Part shown: in pieces, positions 41,097 to 50,754 of the stretch
How the letters are laid out: every line of letters begins with the position of its first letter
Position numbering within the stretch: the first letter of the stretch is position 1
Source: Bythopirellula sp.
GTDB taxonomy: Bacteria; Planctomycetota; Planctomycetia; Pirellulales; Lacipirellulaceae
Direction: 5' to 3'
Assembly: GCA_965216565.1 (NCBI GenBank)
Contig: OZ244170.1
Span: forward strand, 3,456,001-3,520,000
DNA: 64,000 nt
Notes under the pieces: generated by a model
What the model was told of the DNA's origin: nothing
The model's input: only the letters and a program-made list of their open reading frames with translations
Databases searched by the model: none
Translations under genes and position numbers: made by a program

Positions 41097-41275
41097 AAGG
41101 AGATAGGGGGTTGTTGGAGATGCTGGGGATAGCATTGACTGCGGGCTGATCTGTCTCTGTTAAACGTAGAGACCAGAGGAAAATGGAATCCGTCCTCCCA
41201 GGAAACGATCCTTGCAAACCAGGCAGGTAATCGAGGAATCCATCCCCACTATCTCCACCATCCCCTCGTCTCCTT
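41097..41275. repeat. 34-bp imperfect inverted repeats around a 111-nt spacer
   Basis: 41097-41130 versus reverse complement of 41242-41275: 27/34 identical. Confidence 0.8.
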
Positions 41276-41470
41276 TATTGAGACGCACGAATGTTGCGAA
41301 TCCTTGCCAGGAAAAGCCGCCTTTTCTCGGCATTCTTGGCGCGGTAGATTATGGTACTCGCTCGCTGGCCAAGGCGATAGCCGATCTTGTCATCCAGGCG
41401 ATCCCAACCGTCGACGACCAAGCTATAACCGTTCACGATTCACCTTTTGCCCAACAGGTTCCATAGCCCG

Positions 41471-41884
41471 ATGCCCGTTATCAAATTCACGAAGGAAAAG
41501 AAAGAAATCGAAGTCCCTGATGGAGCCAATCTCCGCGCCGAGGCGATCAAGGCAGGAGTGAATGTGCACCAGGGGCTCAATGGAATGGGCGCCGGCCTCA
41601 ACAAAGTGATCAATTGCCACGGCTTTGCACAATGTGGCACGTGCCGGGTGAACATCACCAGCGGCATGGAAAACGCTAGCAAGATGGGCATGGTCGAAAA
41701 AACAAGATTCAAGATGCCAATTCCAACACCTGTGACGCCCGGCGGACTCGATCCGCTGCCCACCATGGCGTTCATTGGCAACGAAGAAACAATGCGGCTT
41801 GCTTGTCAGGTAACCGTCCACGGCGACATGGAAGTGGAAACCGGTCCCGAACTCGATCTGTTCGGCGAAAACTTCTTTAGCTAA
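41471..41884 (+). CDS. 2Fe-2S ferredoxin
   Basis: CHGFAQCGTC...RLACQ. Confidence 0.9.
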   Translation: MPVIKFTKEKKEIEVPDGANLRAEAIKAGVNVHQGLNGMGAGLNKVINCHGFAQCGTCRVNITSGMENASKMGMVEKTRFKMPIPTPVTPGGLDPLPTMAFIGNEETMRLACQVTVHGDMEVETGPELDLFGENFFS

Positions 41885-41910
41885 CTAAGACTGTCAGCTA
41901 AACGCTCTCC

Positions 41911-42228
41911 ATGAAACAAATCATCGCTATCGTGAAACCGTTTCTGGCGGAGAAAATCCTCGATGGCCTCCGCCGCGCTCCGCTCGAAGCGCTCGAGGTG
42001 ACCGAAGTCAAAGGCATGGGTCGCCAGAAAAGTTATCTTGATCAATATACCGACAGCGAGTATGCCGAGGCGTTTCTCCCCAAAGTACAAATCACCGCCT
42101 GGGTCGACGAAACCCGCGTCGACGAAGTGGTCCGCAAACTAGTGGAACTCGCCCGTACCGGCCGCATGGGCGACGGCAAAATATTTGTCCTCTCCGCCGA
42201 ATCGCACGAAATGGTACTGGGCGAGTGA
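41911..42228 (+). CDS. P-II family signal transduction protein
   Basis: MKQIIAIVKPF, EVKGMGRQK, FLPK, RTGRMGDGKIF. Confidence 0.92.
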   Translation: MKQIIAIVKPFLAEKILDGLRRAPLEALEVTEVKGMGRQKSYLDQYTDSEYAEAFLPKVQITAWVDETRVDEVVRKLVELARTGRMGDGKIFVLSAESHEMVLGE

Positions 42229-42271
42229 GCAGGAATGCTTCGCCCTAAATCAATCCCGCTTGGAGTGCTTC

Positions 42272-44020
42272 ATGTTGGTTGGTAGCCCACTAAACTCGTT
42301 GTCGTTCTATTTTGGCTTATTCTTAGCCACATGGTACTCTTCAGTATTTGCTAATGCGGTCGAGACGTGGACCGATGCAACTGGTAAATACCAATTGCAT
42401 GGAGAATTTGTAGAACTCAAGGACGGATTCGTCCATCTGCGCACAAGCGAACAAGAGATTAAGCGAATTCCGCTAGAAAAGCTCGGTGCAACTTCCCAAC
42501 AGCGAGTGAATCAACTTCTGGAAGAATCGCAATCCACGCCAAAATCCGGAGCTCTTGAGGTTCCATCGGACTTGAATTCGCTCAACGAGCATGCCAAGAG
42601 CGATATTTCACCAAACGAGAACATCGTTGTTGCTCTGTGGAAAGCCTATGGGTTTGAGAAGCTCGACCCCTCGATTCGCGAAATCTATCTTCAGAACTTG
42701 GGACTGCCTCATGGTAAGACATCCGACTACTCTTTTCTCACATGGCAGGAATTCTGTCATCGTCAAGGGTCAGGTGTAAGTCTCCAAGCAGACCCTTCGC
42801 CACTGCACACCAGCAATCGTTCTGCGGTTCAACAATGGTTAAAACTAAATTCCACTTCACTCGATCAGGTAGTCGAGGCGGCAAAGAAAAAGAGTTATTA
42901 CTCGCCGATGATAAATACTCCCGGTCAATCGGCGATATTTACCTCTTCGATCCCGATCATGCATTTAGCACGAGACTTGACTCGGGCCCTGATTGCTAGA
43001 GCGAATCAATCATTGCAGGACGGGAATCTAGATGATGCTTGGAGAGACTTTATTGCCTCCTACAAGATAGCTCGTTTGGTTGGTAACGAACCCACCTCGA
43101 CAGGTTTGATGCTTAGCCACGCCCTCGAACAGACTGTCTGCATGGCAATTGTGGAGCTTACAGTTCATCCAGGTTTCACAAGAGATCTTGCCGAAGAATG
43201 TCTAACCGACCTCAACTCTCTGCCACCTGCCTCTACGATGTCAGAAAAAATGGCAGTCGGTGAGAAAGCCATGCTTCTGGATGTAGTCAATCAGATCATT
43301 CAGAAGGGTCCCGAAGGGCTCGCCCGCGTATCGATGCTGTGGCTTGAATCACAGGGAGAAATCCCCCCCATCAAATCGAGCGAGATCGAGAAACGAGGCC
43401 TGAGCAAGAATTGGAGCAAAGACTTTGAAACCGTGTGGAGACAAACCCCGTCCATCATCTCCACAGACTTTGATTCAATGGCCACAGCTCTCAAAACAGG
43501 AGACCCAAGGCTAAGACTCAAACAAGTCTCTCAATTGCAAAAGGAGATAAGTGAACAATACCAGGAAAACCGGATGTATGCGATCTTCGACAACGATCAA
43601 TCGGAACAGGATCTTCGTGACGCAAGTCAGATCTTATCGCAAGGCAAATTACCTGGGGAAGTCGACGCTGAGGATATTGTGGCATACCTGAACACTATGT
43701 GGTTTCCGGATGTCACATTTCTGCTAAATTCCGAAATCTCTTCGCGTGTTCGCTCGGGAACTCTCCCGGTTGTCTTAGCCCTTGGCGCTTATCGAACCGA
43801 AAATGGTCGCCTCCCAAACAATTTGAAAGATCTAGTACCCGGATATTTCCCACAGATACCAGTCGGAGCGGTATTCAAAGCCCCGCTCGTCTACAAGAAA
43901 TCTGGAGACGGATATAGCCTCTACAGCCTTGGTCCTGACGGCATCGACGACGGTGGCAACATGGATCAGAGTGGGGAGACCTACGACTCTGCTTTTACAG
44001 AGGCTCAGTTCGACCTGTGA
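42272..44020 (+). CDS. Secreted SHD1-domain protein with a pseudopilin(GspG)-like C-terminal motif
   Basis: Signal peptide; SHD1 pattern TWTDATG...IPLEKL; C-terminal AYRTENGRLP..L.DLVP.Y...LYSLGPDGIDDGG. Confidence 0.7.
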   Translation: MLVGSPLNSLSFYFGLFLATWYSSVFANAVETWTDATGKYQLHGEFVELKDGFVHLRTSEQEIKRIPLEKLGATSQQRVNQLLEESQSTPKSGALEVPSDLNSLNEHAKSDISPNENIVVALWKAYGFEKLDPSIREIYLQNLGLPHGKTSDYSFLTWQEFCHRQGSGVSLQADPSPLHTSNRSAVQQWLKLNSTSLDQVVEAAKKKSYYSPMINTPGQSAIFTSSIPIMHLARDLTRALIARANQSLQDGNLDDAWRDFIASYKIARLVGNEPTSTGLMLSHALEQTVCMAIVELTVHPGFTRDLAEECLTDLNSLPPASTMSEKMAVGEKAMLLDVVNQIIQKGPEGLARVSMLWLESQGEIPPIKSSEIEKRGLSKNWSKDFETVWRQTPSIISTDFDSMATALKTGDPRLRLKQVSQLQKEISEQYQENRMYAIFDNDQSEQDLRDASQILSQGKLPGEVDAEDIVAYLNTMWFPDVTFLLNSEISSRVRSGTLPVVLALGAYRTENGRLPNNLKDLVPGYFPQIPVGAVFKAPLVYKKSGDGYSLYSLGPDGIDDGGNMDQSGETYDSAFTEAQFDL

Positions 44021-44028
44021 GCCTACGC

Positions 44029-47000
44029 TTACTCCGCCGCGGCGAAGATGCGGTTGAAGATGTTCCGCACCTCGTGAAATGTCTCTTTCACCTCAGCGCG
44101 CAATGCGTCGACATTCTCGTACCCCAACAGAAATGCAACCTTGGCAAGCTCCAAGGTGTCGTCAGGGAATTCGTGTCGGCCCGAGGCATTCATGAGCCGG
44201 ATGCAGGCTTCCACATGCCGTTGGAATCGGTAGGCCTGGCGGAGGAAGGTAGCGTCGTCACTGGCCAGTATTCCCGCGTCTGAAAGGGCCGTCAGGCTGG
44301 CCAGCGTACCGGGAATCCGCAACTCGGGCCGCTGCTGGCCGTGCTTGAGTTGCAACATCTGAACGATAAATTCGGTATCCATCGTGCCGCCTGGCCCGCG
44401 CTTCAAATTGCGGGGCGAGGCCGACTCCTCCAGCTTGAGGCGCATGTCGCGAATAGCCCCGGCATCGCTCGACTGCCAACTGCTGCAATAAGTCGCCGCA
44501 GCTACGGCCTCTAGTGCTTTCTCCACGGCTATTTGTGAGCCCGTAATCATGCGTGCTTTGCACAGGGCTTGCCTCTCCCAAAGCTGCCCCCCACCTTCCT
44601 GAAAATAGCGGACGAAACCTTCCAGCGACACGGTCAGCGCCCCGCTGCGACCGGTGGGGCGGAGCCGAGGATCGATCTCGAATAATCGGCCGTAGGGTCC
44701 AAACTGGTTGGCCCGTTTGATGATCCGTTGCCCGAGCTCATTGAAAAAGTGATTATTGGTCGTCGATTCGCCCCGACCCCGTGGATCGGCAACCGTATTC
44801 CCCTCCGCTTCGTAGAGAAACACCAGATCCAAATCACTGTGGTAGTTGGGCTCTCGGCCACCCAACTTACCGAGGGCCATCACCAAGAATTCACACGGAC
44901 GACCGATGCCCTCTTCCCCAGGATGCCACTGCGCTGCAATTGGATTTTCCGCTTGGTTGGGAAACTCGCCAATCGTTGGCTGACCCAGCTTGACGATCAA
45001 CTTCTCATATTCCGCAGAAACTATATCCTTCAAACACGCCTCGGCAACGTCAGAAAGCGCCGCATGCGTTGTTTCTACCTTGTCCTTGCCCAAAATGTCT
45101 CGAACGCCGACACGCAAATGCTGGGCGTATTTGAAACTGTGCAAAATCGGCTCGGTATCTTCGGCTCCACGGGTAAGGTCGGCAAGCGATTCTTCCAGTA
45201 CTTGCAAACTGGGCAGTTGATCGATGAGCAGGCTATCGAGTAGTTCATCGATCATGCCCGGATTGCTCGTCAGTATCTCCACCAGGTAAGGGCAAGCGGC
45301 ACAGAGCGTGACGTACAGATTCAGCGTCGGATGATTGTTGCTGAACAACTCCCACAGTGCCGCCTTGCCGCCGAGCGAATCACTCACCCGGCTTAGGGTC
45401 ATAAGCGTCGCATCGGGATCGGGCGTCCGCGCAATCGACGCCAGCAATCGTGGGGCAATAGCAGCGAGGAAGAGCCGACAACGTCGCGAAGAAAGAAATG
45501 GAATCGGCTCGTCAGCCAGCGACATCAAATTCGCGTAGGCCGCCGGCAAATCGTAAAACGGATATCGACCCAACACACGTTCAATAGTTTCGTCGGTGGG
45601 GTCGGGGTCGTTGATTAAATCGACTTCCGGTTCCGTCGTGGCATCGTCGCCAAACGCATCATGCAGTAAGTGATCGAGAATCTTGCGGTTTACCTCCGTC
45701 CGATTCTGATAATCTTCCTGAAACGCTGCCAGCGCCGACTTCTCAGGTGTTCCGAGATAACCCATCCGCGTGGCCACCCGGGCTAGCTCGTTCTCTGTTG
45801 TTGGCAATAGATGCGTCTGCAGGTCGTACATAATCTGCAGCCGATGCTCCAGCTTGCGTAGAAAAGAGTAGTTCTCCTCGAGCAGCATCCGCTCCTGATG
45901 CGTCAAGCTGCCTGCCGATTCCAACCGGCCAATGGCCTCGAGTGTATTACCAGTGCGAATCTCCGGCAGCGTGCCGCCACCGAGCAATTGGAGAAATTGA
46001 ATTACGAACTCAATATCGCGGATTCCGCCATGGCCTGTCTTCACGTCGCTGAGGCTGATGCCTTCTTCAGTCGCACGATCTTCAATTCGGCGCTTTAGCA
46101 ATTTGATACCGGTGATATCTGCAAGCGATAAGTAACGCCTATACACCCATGGCTCGAGTTGCTGCAAGTAGCGATTGCCCAGATCCAAGTCGCCGGCCGC
46201 GGGGCGAGCCTTCACGTACGCCTGTCGTTCCCAAGTGCGACCTCGATTTTCGTAATAGGCTAGCGCGTCGTCCACCGTCCGAGCCAAGGGCCCCTGTCGA
46301 CCCTCGGGACGAAGCCGCATATCGACCCGGTAGCAAAAGCCCAGATCCGTGGCCTCGGCCAACAGCCGAATTAAGTCTTGCGCCACTCGATTGGCAAAAT
46401 CTTGAGCATCAATCGCGGCCTGCGAAGAGTTTATTTCTGTCGGCTCATAGAGCATCACAAGGTCGATGTCACTGGAGTAATTCAGCTCCAGCCCACCGAG
46501 TTTTCCTAAGGCAAGCACGACGATGCTCGGTACCTGATGCTGCTGACCGTTGCGGTGCCCTCGTTTTCGCTGATGATGACCGATGGCAAACTGCAACGCA
46601 GCATCGACTAATGCATCGGCCAAATACGATATCTGTCGCGTGACCTGCGCTACCGGCAACTGACTCACAATATCCCCGTAGGCAATCCGTAGCGTTTCCC
46701 GTCGCTTAAAACGCCGTAGCGCCTTCATCGCCGCGTCTTCATCCTGCACAGACTGAATACTCTGCACCAGTTCTTCCACCAACATATCCCGCGATACCGG
46801 CCGGCCACGGGTAGTTCGGAGCAGCTCGTAACTCTCCGGATCGGTACATAATTGATCGCTAAACGATTGGCTGCAGTTCAGCATCACCAGCAGGTTGGGC
46901 AGCGAATCGGGATCGCGCTCGAAGAGCGCTGCCGTGGAGAGCGGGCTTCGAGCCGCTTGCAAAAAACGCTCTAAATTGTTGAGCGCCATATCAGGATCGG

Positions 47001-47187
47001 CCAGCCTAGGCGCGATCTCAGCAAACTGCCTGCAGATGGTTCCTAGCAAATCGAGCGGAATGCCCGTGGTGGCCAGGCGGGTCAGATTTGCGTGTGCTGT
47101 GCGCGGATCGACTATCCCCAAGGGCTTCAGCCAATTGGTAGCTGTGTCGGGAGAATCGAGGAGGGCATGGACTTCATCAATCTGCAT
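44029..47187 (-). CDS. glnE: Glutamine synthetase adenylyltransferase
   Basis: Two nucleotidyltransferase domains (LGKLGG.ELNYSSDIDL; LGKLGGREPNYHSDLDL), RLRP and WERQA each twice. Confidence 0.95.
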   Translation of the reverse strand: MQIDEVHALLDSPDTATNWLKPLGIVDPRTAHANLTRLATTGIPLDLLGTICRQFAEIAPRLADPDMALNNLERFLQAARSPLSTAALFERDPDSLPNLLVMLNCSQSFSDQLCTDPESYELLRTTRGRPVSRDMLVEELVQSIQSVQDEDAAMKALRRFKRRETLRIAYGDIVSQLPVAQVTRQISYLADALVDAALQFAIGHHQRKRGHRNGQQHQVPSIVVLALGKLGGLELNYSSDIDLVMLYEPTEINSSQAAIDAQDFANRVAQDLIRLLAEATDLGFCYRVDMRLRPEGRQGPLARTVDDALAYYENRGRTWERQAYVKARPAAGDLDLGNRYLQQLEPWVYRRYLSLADITGIKLLKRRIEDRATEEGISLSDVKTGHGGIRDIEFVIQFLQLLGGGTLPEIRTGNTLEAIGRLESAGSLTHQERMLLEENYSFLRKLEHRLQIMYDLQTHLLPTTENELARVATRMGYLGTPEKSALAAFQEDYQNRTEVNRKILDHLLHDAFGDDATTEPEVDLINDPDPTDETIERVLGRYPFYDLPAAYANLMSLADEPIPFLSSRRCRLFLAAIAPRLLASIARTPDPDATLMTLSRVSDSLGGKAALWELFSNNHPTLNLYVTLCAACPYLVEILTSNPGMIDELLDSLLIDQLPSLQVLEESLADLTRGAEDTEPILHSFKYAQHLRVGVRDILGKDKVETTHAALSDVAEACLKDIVSAEYEKLIVKLGQPTIGEFPNQAENPIAAQWHPGEEGIGRPCEFLVMALGKLGGREPNYHSDLDLVFLYEAEGNTVADPRGRGESTTNNHFFNELGQRIIKRANQFGPYGRLFEIDPRLRPTGRSGALTVSLEGFVRYFQEGGGQLWERQALCKARMITGSQIAVEKALEAVAAATYCSSWQSSDAGAIRDMRLKLEESASPRNLKRGPGGTMDTEFIVQMLQLKHGQQRPELRIPGTLASLTALSDAGILASDDATFLRQAYRFQRHVEACIRLMNASGRHEFPDDTLELAKVAFLLGYENVDALRAEVKETFHEVRNIFNRIFAAAE

Positions 47188-47310
47188 AAACAGTAGTGTA
47201 TCAACAGACGAGGCGACGTGCCTAGAACTAGAACAGAGACGAGAGTCTAGAGTCCAGAGCTTGCGTACGGAAAAGCAGCTGCGATCCTACGGATCGCCGG
47301 TGAACCTGCT

Positions 47311-48735
47311 CTAACTCTGCCCCAGAGAAAACAACTCTGGTCCCACATGCTGGGTGACGATTGTGCCAAACAACGTGTGGGCGTTGGCGTCGTAGATGGT
47401 CACCGGCAGCGACTCGCCTATCTGCCGACGATTGCCTTCAAAGACGACGATACGGTCGCACAGTGTGCGGCCCGTAAGCTGCACTTGCTGCTCGCTGGCA
47501 TCGGCATTCTTCAAACTCGCTTTGCTCAGCCCCTCGACCAATACCTCGGCCTGGCGACCCAAAAACGCATGATTGTCTAATTCGCTTATCTCATTCTGCA
47601 AAGCCAGAAGTTCGTTGTTCCGACGCTTCTTGACCTCCTCAGGAACGTCATCAGGAAACAACTCAGCACCCCGCGTGCCGGGCCGCTCGCTGTATTTGAA
47701 GATGAAGCTATTCTTGAAGCGTTGTTCCTCGACAAGTTCCATCGTGAGCTGGAAATCCTCGTCACTCTCACCACAGAAGCCAACTATAAAATCGCTGGTC
47801 ACAGCCGCATCGGGAATCCGCGCCCGTATCCGGTCCATCATCTCGCGATAGTCTTCAATCGTATAACCACGCTTCATCCGCTCCAACATCCGGTTCGAGC
47901 CCGTTTGAGCAGGCACATGCAGATACTTGGCGGCCTTGGGAAGCTCTGCCACGGCATCGAGCAAGTCGTCGGTCATATCTTTCGGGTAATTCGTGACAAA
48001 CTTAATCCGCTCCAGGCCATCAATTTCATGCAGCGCATGGATCAAGTCGCTCAATCGCCACTTGCGGCCGTCTTCGGTGTGGCGGTAGCTATTGACCGTT
48101 TGACCCAGCAGAATGATTTCCTTGCATCCTTCGCTCGCCAGCTGCTTGGCTTCGATGACAATCTCACTGGGCGGACGGCTTTGCTCCGGCCCCCGCACGC
48201 TGGGGACAATGCAATAGGTGCAGAACTTATCGCAGCCAATCATGATTCGCACATACGCCTGATAGGGCGTCGGTCGCATTTGCGGATCGCGCAAGGGATC
48301 AAAGCTTTCGTGGCTCCGCTCAATCTCAGTCCGCGCACCATCTTTGCGGCCCAGACTGACTTCCATCTGCGGACCACTGCCCTCGGCGATTTCTGTGATC
48401 AGCTGGGGCACCTGATGCAATTGACCAGGGCCCACAATCAGATCGACGTAGGGAGCCCGCTCGAAAATCAGTCGCTGGTCTTTCTGGGCCATGCAGCCCA
48501 GCACACCAATAATCTTGTGCGGATTGTGCTGCTTGGCATGCTTTAGTCGGCCTAGAGCGCTATAGATTTTGTCCTCGGCATGCTGGCGGACGCTGCACGT
48601 GTTAAACAGAATCGTGTCGGCATCGCCCGTGTTGTCGGTCAGCTCGTAACCCTCTTTGCGCAGACTTGCCACCACCAGCTCGCTATCGAGCACGTTCATC
48701 TGACAACCAACTGTTTCGATGTATAGTTTTTTCAT
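47311..48735 (-). CDS. miaB: tRNA methylthiotransferase
   Basis: GCQMNVLDSE, NTCSVR, GCMAQ, GCDKFCTYCIVP, C-terminal TRAM domain. Confidence 0.96.
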   Translation of the reverse strand: MKKLYIETVGCQMNVLDSELVVASLRKEGYELTDNTGDADTILFNTCSVRQHAEDKIYSALGRLKHAKQHNPHKIIGVLGCMAQKDQRLIFERAPYVDLIVGPGQLHQVPQLITEIAEGSGPQMEVSLGRKDGARTEIERSHESFDPLRDPQMRPTPYQAYVRIMIGCDKFCTYCIVPSVRGPEQSRPPSEIVIEAKQLASEGCKEIILLGQTVNSYRHTEDGRKWRLSDLIHALHEIDGLERIKFVTNYPKDMTDDLLDAVAELPKAAKYLHVPAQTGSNRMLERMKRGYTIEDYREMMDRIRARIPDAAVTSDFIVGFCGESDEDFQLTMELVEEQRFKNSFIFKYSERPGTRGAELFPDDVPEEVKKRRNNELLALQNEISELDNHAFLGRQAEVLVEGLSKASLKNADASEQQVQLTGRTLCDRIVVFEGNRRQIGESLPVTIYDANAHTLFGTIVTQHVGPELFSLGQS

Positions 48736-48822
48736 AGGTGTGTCGAGAGACGTGAGCTGTGAGACTCGAGTGTTCAGTAAGAACAGCGATCTAGTCGCTG
48801 GACTCTCAACTCTGGTCTACCC

Positions 48823-49032
48823 TCACGCTGCGGCCTCGTCGCCTGTCTTTTGTTCGCCTTCTTGATTCGACTCTTGTTCCACAGGGTTGGAAATAGACTT
48901 GCCCAGTTGTTGTTCAATTTCGCCGCGGAGGTGATTCATCACATGATTGCGACGCTGAGCCATCAATCGCACCAGCGACATCACGGCCACATAGCCGGCA
49001 ACCAAGATAAACACCACGTCCCAACGATCCAT
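48823..49032 (-). CDS. Small membrane-anchored hypothetical protein
   Basis: One TM followed by a charged tail; GGGAGGA SD upstream. Confidence 0.65.
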   Translation of the reverse strand: MDRWDVVFILVAGYVAVMSLVRLMAQRRNHVMNHLRGEIEQQLGKSISNPVEQESNQEGEQKTGDEAAA

Positions 49033-49170
49033 CGCAGTTCCTCCCGGGGAAAACCAGACCCCATATCATACACGCCAAGTGGGGATCGCCGCGAGACGAA
49101 ATCTCGCAGGGCTAGCAGCCAGAAGTAGGCGAGAATCGAGGATCGAGATTCCCCCTGCTAGTAAAACCAA

Positions 49171-49179
49171 TGGTATAAT
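49171..49179 (+). promoter_or_regulatory. Extended -10 promoter element for the TA operon
   Basis: TGGTATAAT about 60 nt upstream of the antitoxin start. Confidence 0.55.
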
Positions 49180-49240
49180 ACAAATGCTATATTCCTAGTC
49201 GCAGATTGCAACTTCGCCGTACATAAGAGGGTGCGTGAAA

Positions 49241-49489
49241 ATGACTATTGAAGCCCATGTCCAGAATGGTCAGATTGTGTTGAGTAGCCCTCTGCAACTT
49301 CCAGACGGCACGAAAGTAGAGGTGTCTGTTCCTAACAGCTCGGAGACGACCTCCACTGAGAATTCGCGCGGTCAATCCATTAACGAACGCCTCAAGGAAT
49401 TCATTGGCAAAGCAGAAGGTTTGCCAGAGGACTTCGCAGAGAACCATGACCACTATTTGCATGGAACTGCAAAGAAGTCGGACTCATGA
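49241..49489 (+). CDS. Putative antitoxin of a VapBC pair
   Basis: V.NG.IV...L.LPDGT.V N-terminus and LP.DFA.NHDHYL C-terminus; ATGA overlap with the PIN gene. Confidence 0.75.
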   Translation: MTIEAHVQNGQIVLSSPLQLPDGTKVEVSVPNSSETTSTENSRGQSINERLKEFIGKAEGLPEDFAENHDHYLHGTAKKSDS

Positions 49490-49887
49490 GTTTTCTATTT
49501 GCAGATACCTACTACTTCTTGGCACTTGTAAGTCCAGGCGATGCCGGCCACTCGAAGGCTCTTGAATTCGGAAAAGAAAATGAGAGGCCAATACTCACAA
49601 CGGCTTGGGTCTTTACTGAGATTGCAGATGGGTTGGCGGATACAAGAAACAGAGGCCTTGCGCGGCAGCTCTATGAAGATTTGAAGTCAAACCCACTCGA
49701 CCAAGTCATCCCACCAACCTCAGAGCTATTTGAACTAGGTCTCGATCTATACAACAAACGACCAGACAAAAACTGGTCGCTTACGGATTGTATCTCATTC
49801 ATTGTCATGCAGGAGCAAGGAATCTCTGAGGCCTTGACTGCCGACCGGCATTTCCAGCAAGCAGGCTTCGTAGCCCTCTTGGCTTGA
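49486..49887 (+). CDS. vapC: PIN-domain VapC-family toxin
   Basis: FADTYYF, VFTE, SLTDCISF, LTADRHF acidic PIN residues. Confidence 0.9.
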   Translation: MSFLFADTYYFLALVSPGDAGHSKALEFGKENERPILTTAWVFTEIADGLADTRNRGLARQLYEDLKSNPLDQVIPPTSELFELGLDLYNKRPDKNWSLTDCISFIVMQEQGISEALTADRHFQQAGFVALLA

Positions 49888-49942
49888 GTCTCACCTCTGC
49901 AGACCTCTTTTCCGTAACGTTCTCTGCGTTGAACTATCTCGC

Positions 49943-50662
49943 TCAAGAATCAAACGGCGTTACCGGCTTCGAGTCGTGCCGGAGTTGCATGAGCTTGCGG
50001 ACCTTGCGTTTCATCCACCAGCCGACCTGCGTGTCGTCTAGGCGAAGTTCCTCCAGGGCGGGCAGATCATCGACAAAGTACAGCCCTTCGCCGGTGATGG
50101 GATTGCCCGAGAGATCCAGATGCTTCAGTTGTTTGAAATTATCCAAATACTGCACCGCGTCGTCCGTGAGTCCGCAGGACGAAAGCTCCAGATCGGTCAT
50201 GTTGCCTAGAGCTTCACGCTCCTCAACCATTGCCGCAAGCAGTTCCACCGCCTGATCGGAATTCTGCAACTTGATACTCGTCACCATCTCTGTGAGTTGG
50301 GCAAAATCTCCGAACGACTTCTCGAGCCAATCCACCGCATTAGTTTTCACTTCCGCGCCAAACGCTTCCATGCGATCGAACACCCGCTGCACGGCCAGGT
50401 ACTCGTCCATCTTACTGGCAATCCATTGCCGTCGGTCGGTGCGAAACTCCGTGTACTGCTTCGCCTTTTCAAATGCTTCCTGCAACACACGAAATTCTTC
50501 CACTGTGCCGCCATGATCGGGATGCACCCGTTTGGCCTTGTCGCGGTACGCTTGCATCACATCGTCTTGCGTATAGGGTGGAGCCAGTCCCAGTTCGACC
50601 ATATAGTCGGGACGTTTGTCCTGCGCAGATTGCGAATTGTTCGCCGACATACGAGAGCTCAC
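49943..50662 (-). CDS. J-domain-like + leucine-rich-repeat protein
   Basis: AYR.KAK..HPDHGG; LxxLxLxx repeats (LKHLDLSGNPIT, LEELRLDDTQV). Confidence 0.75.
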   Translation of the reverse strand: MSSRMSANNSQSAQDKRPDYMVELGLAPPYTQDDVMQAYRDKAKRVHPDHGGTVEEFRVLQEAFEKAKQYTEFRTDRRQWIASKMDEYLAVQRVFDRMEAFGAEVKTNAVDWLEKSFGDFAQLTEMVTSIKLQNSDQAVELLAAMVEEREALGNMTDLELSSCGLTDDAVQYLDNFKQLKHLDLSGNPITGEGLYFVDDLPALEELRLDDTQVGWWMKRKVRKLMQLRHDSKPVTPFDS

Positions 50663-50754
50663 ATCAAAAAGAAGAAGGACTCTTACAGACTACCCACTAC
50701 CGAGCGAGAAGTCGACAAGATGAGTTACAGTTTCCCAAGGAACCTGTATCGGTA

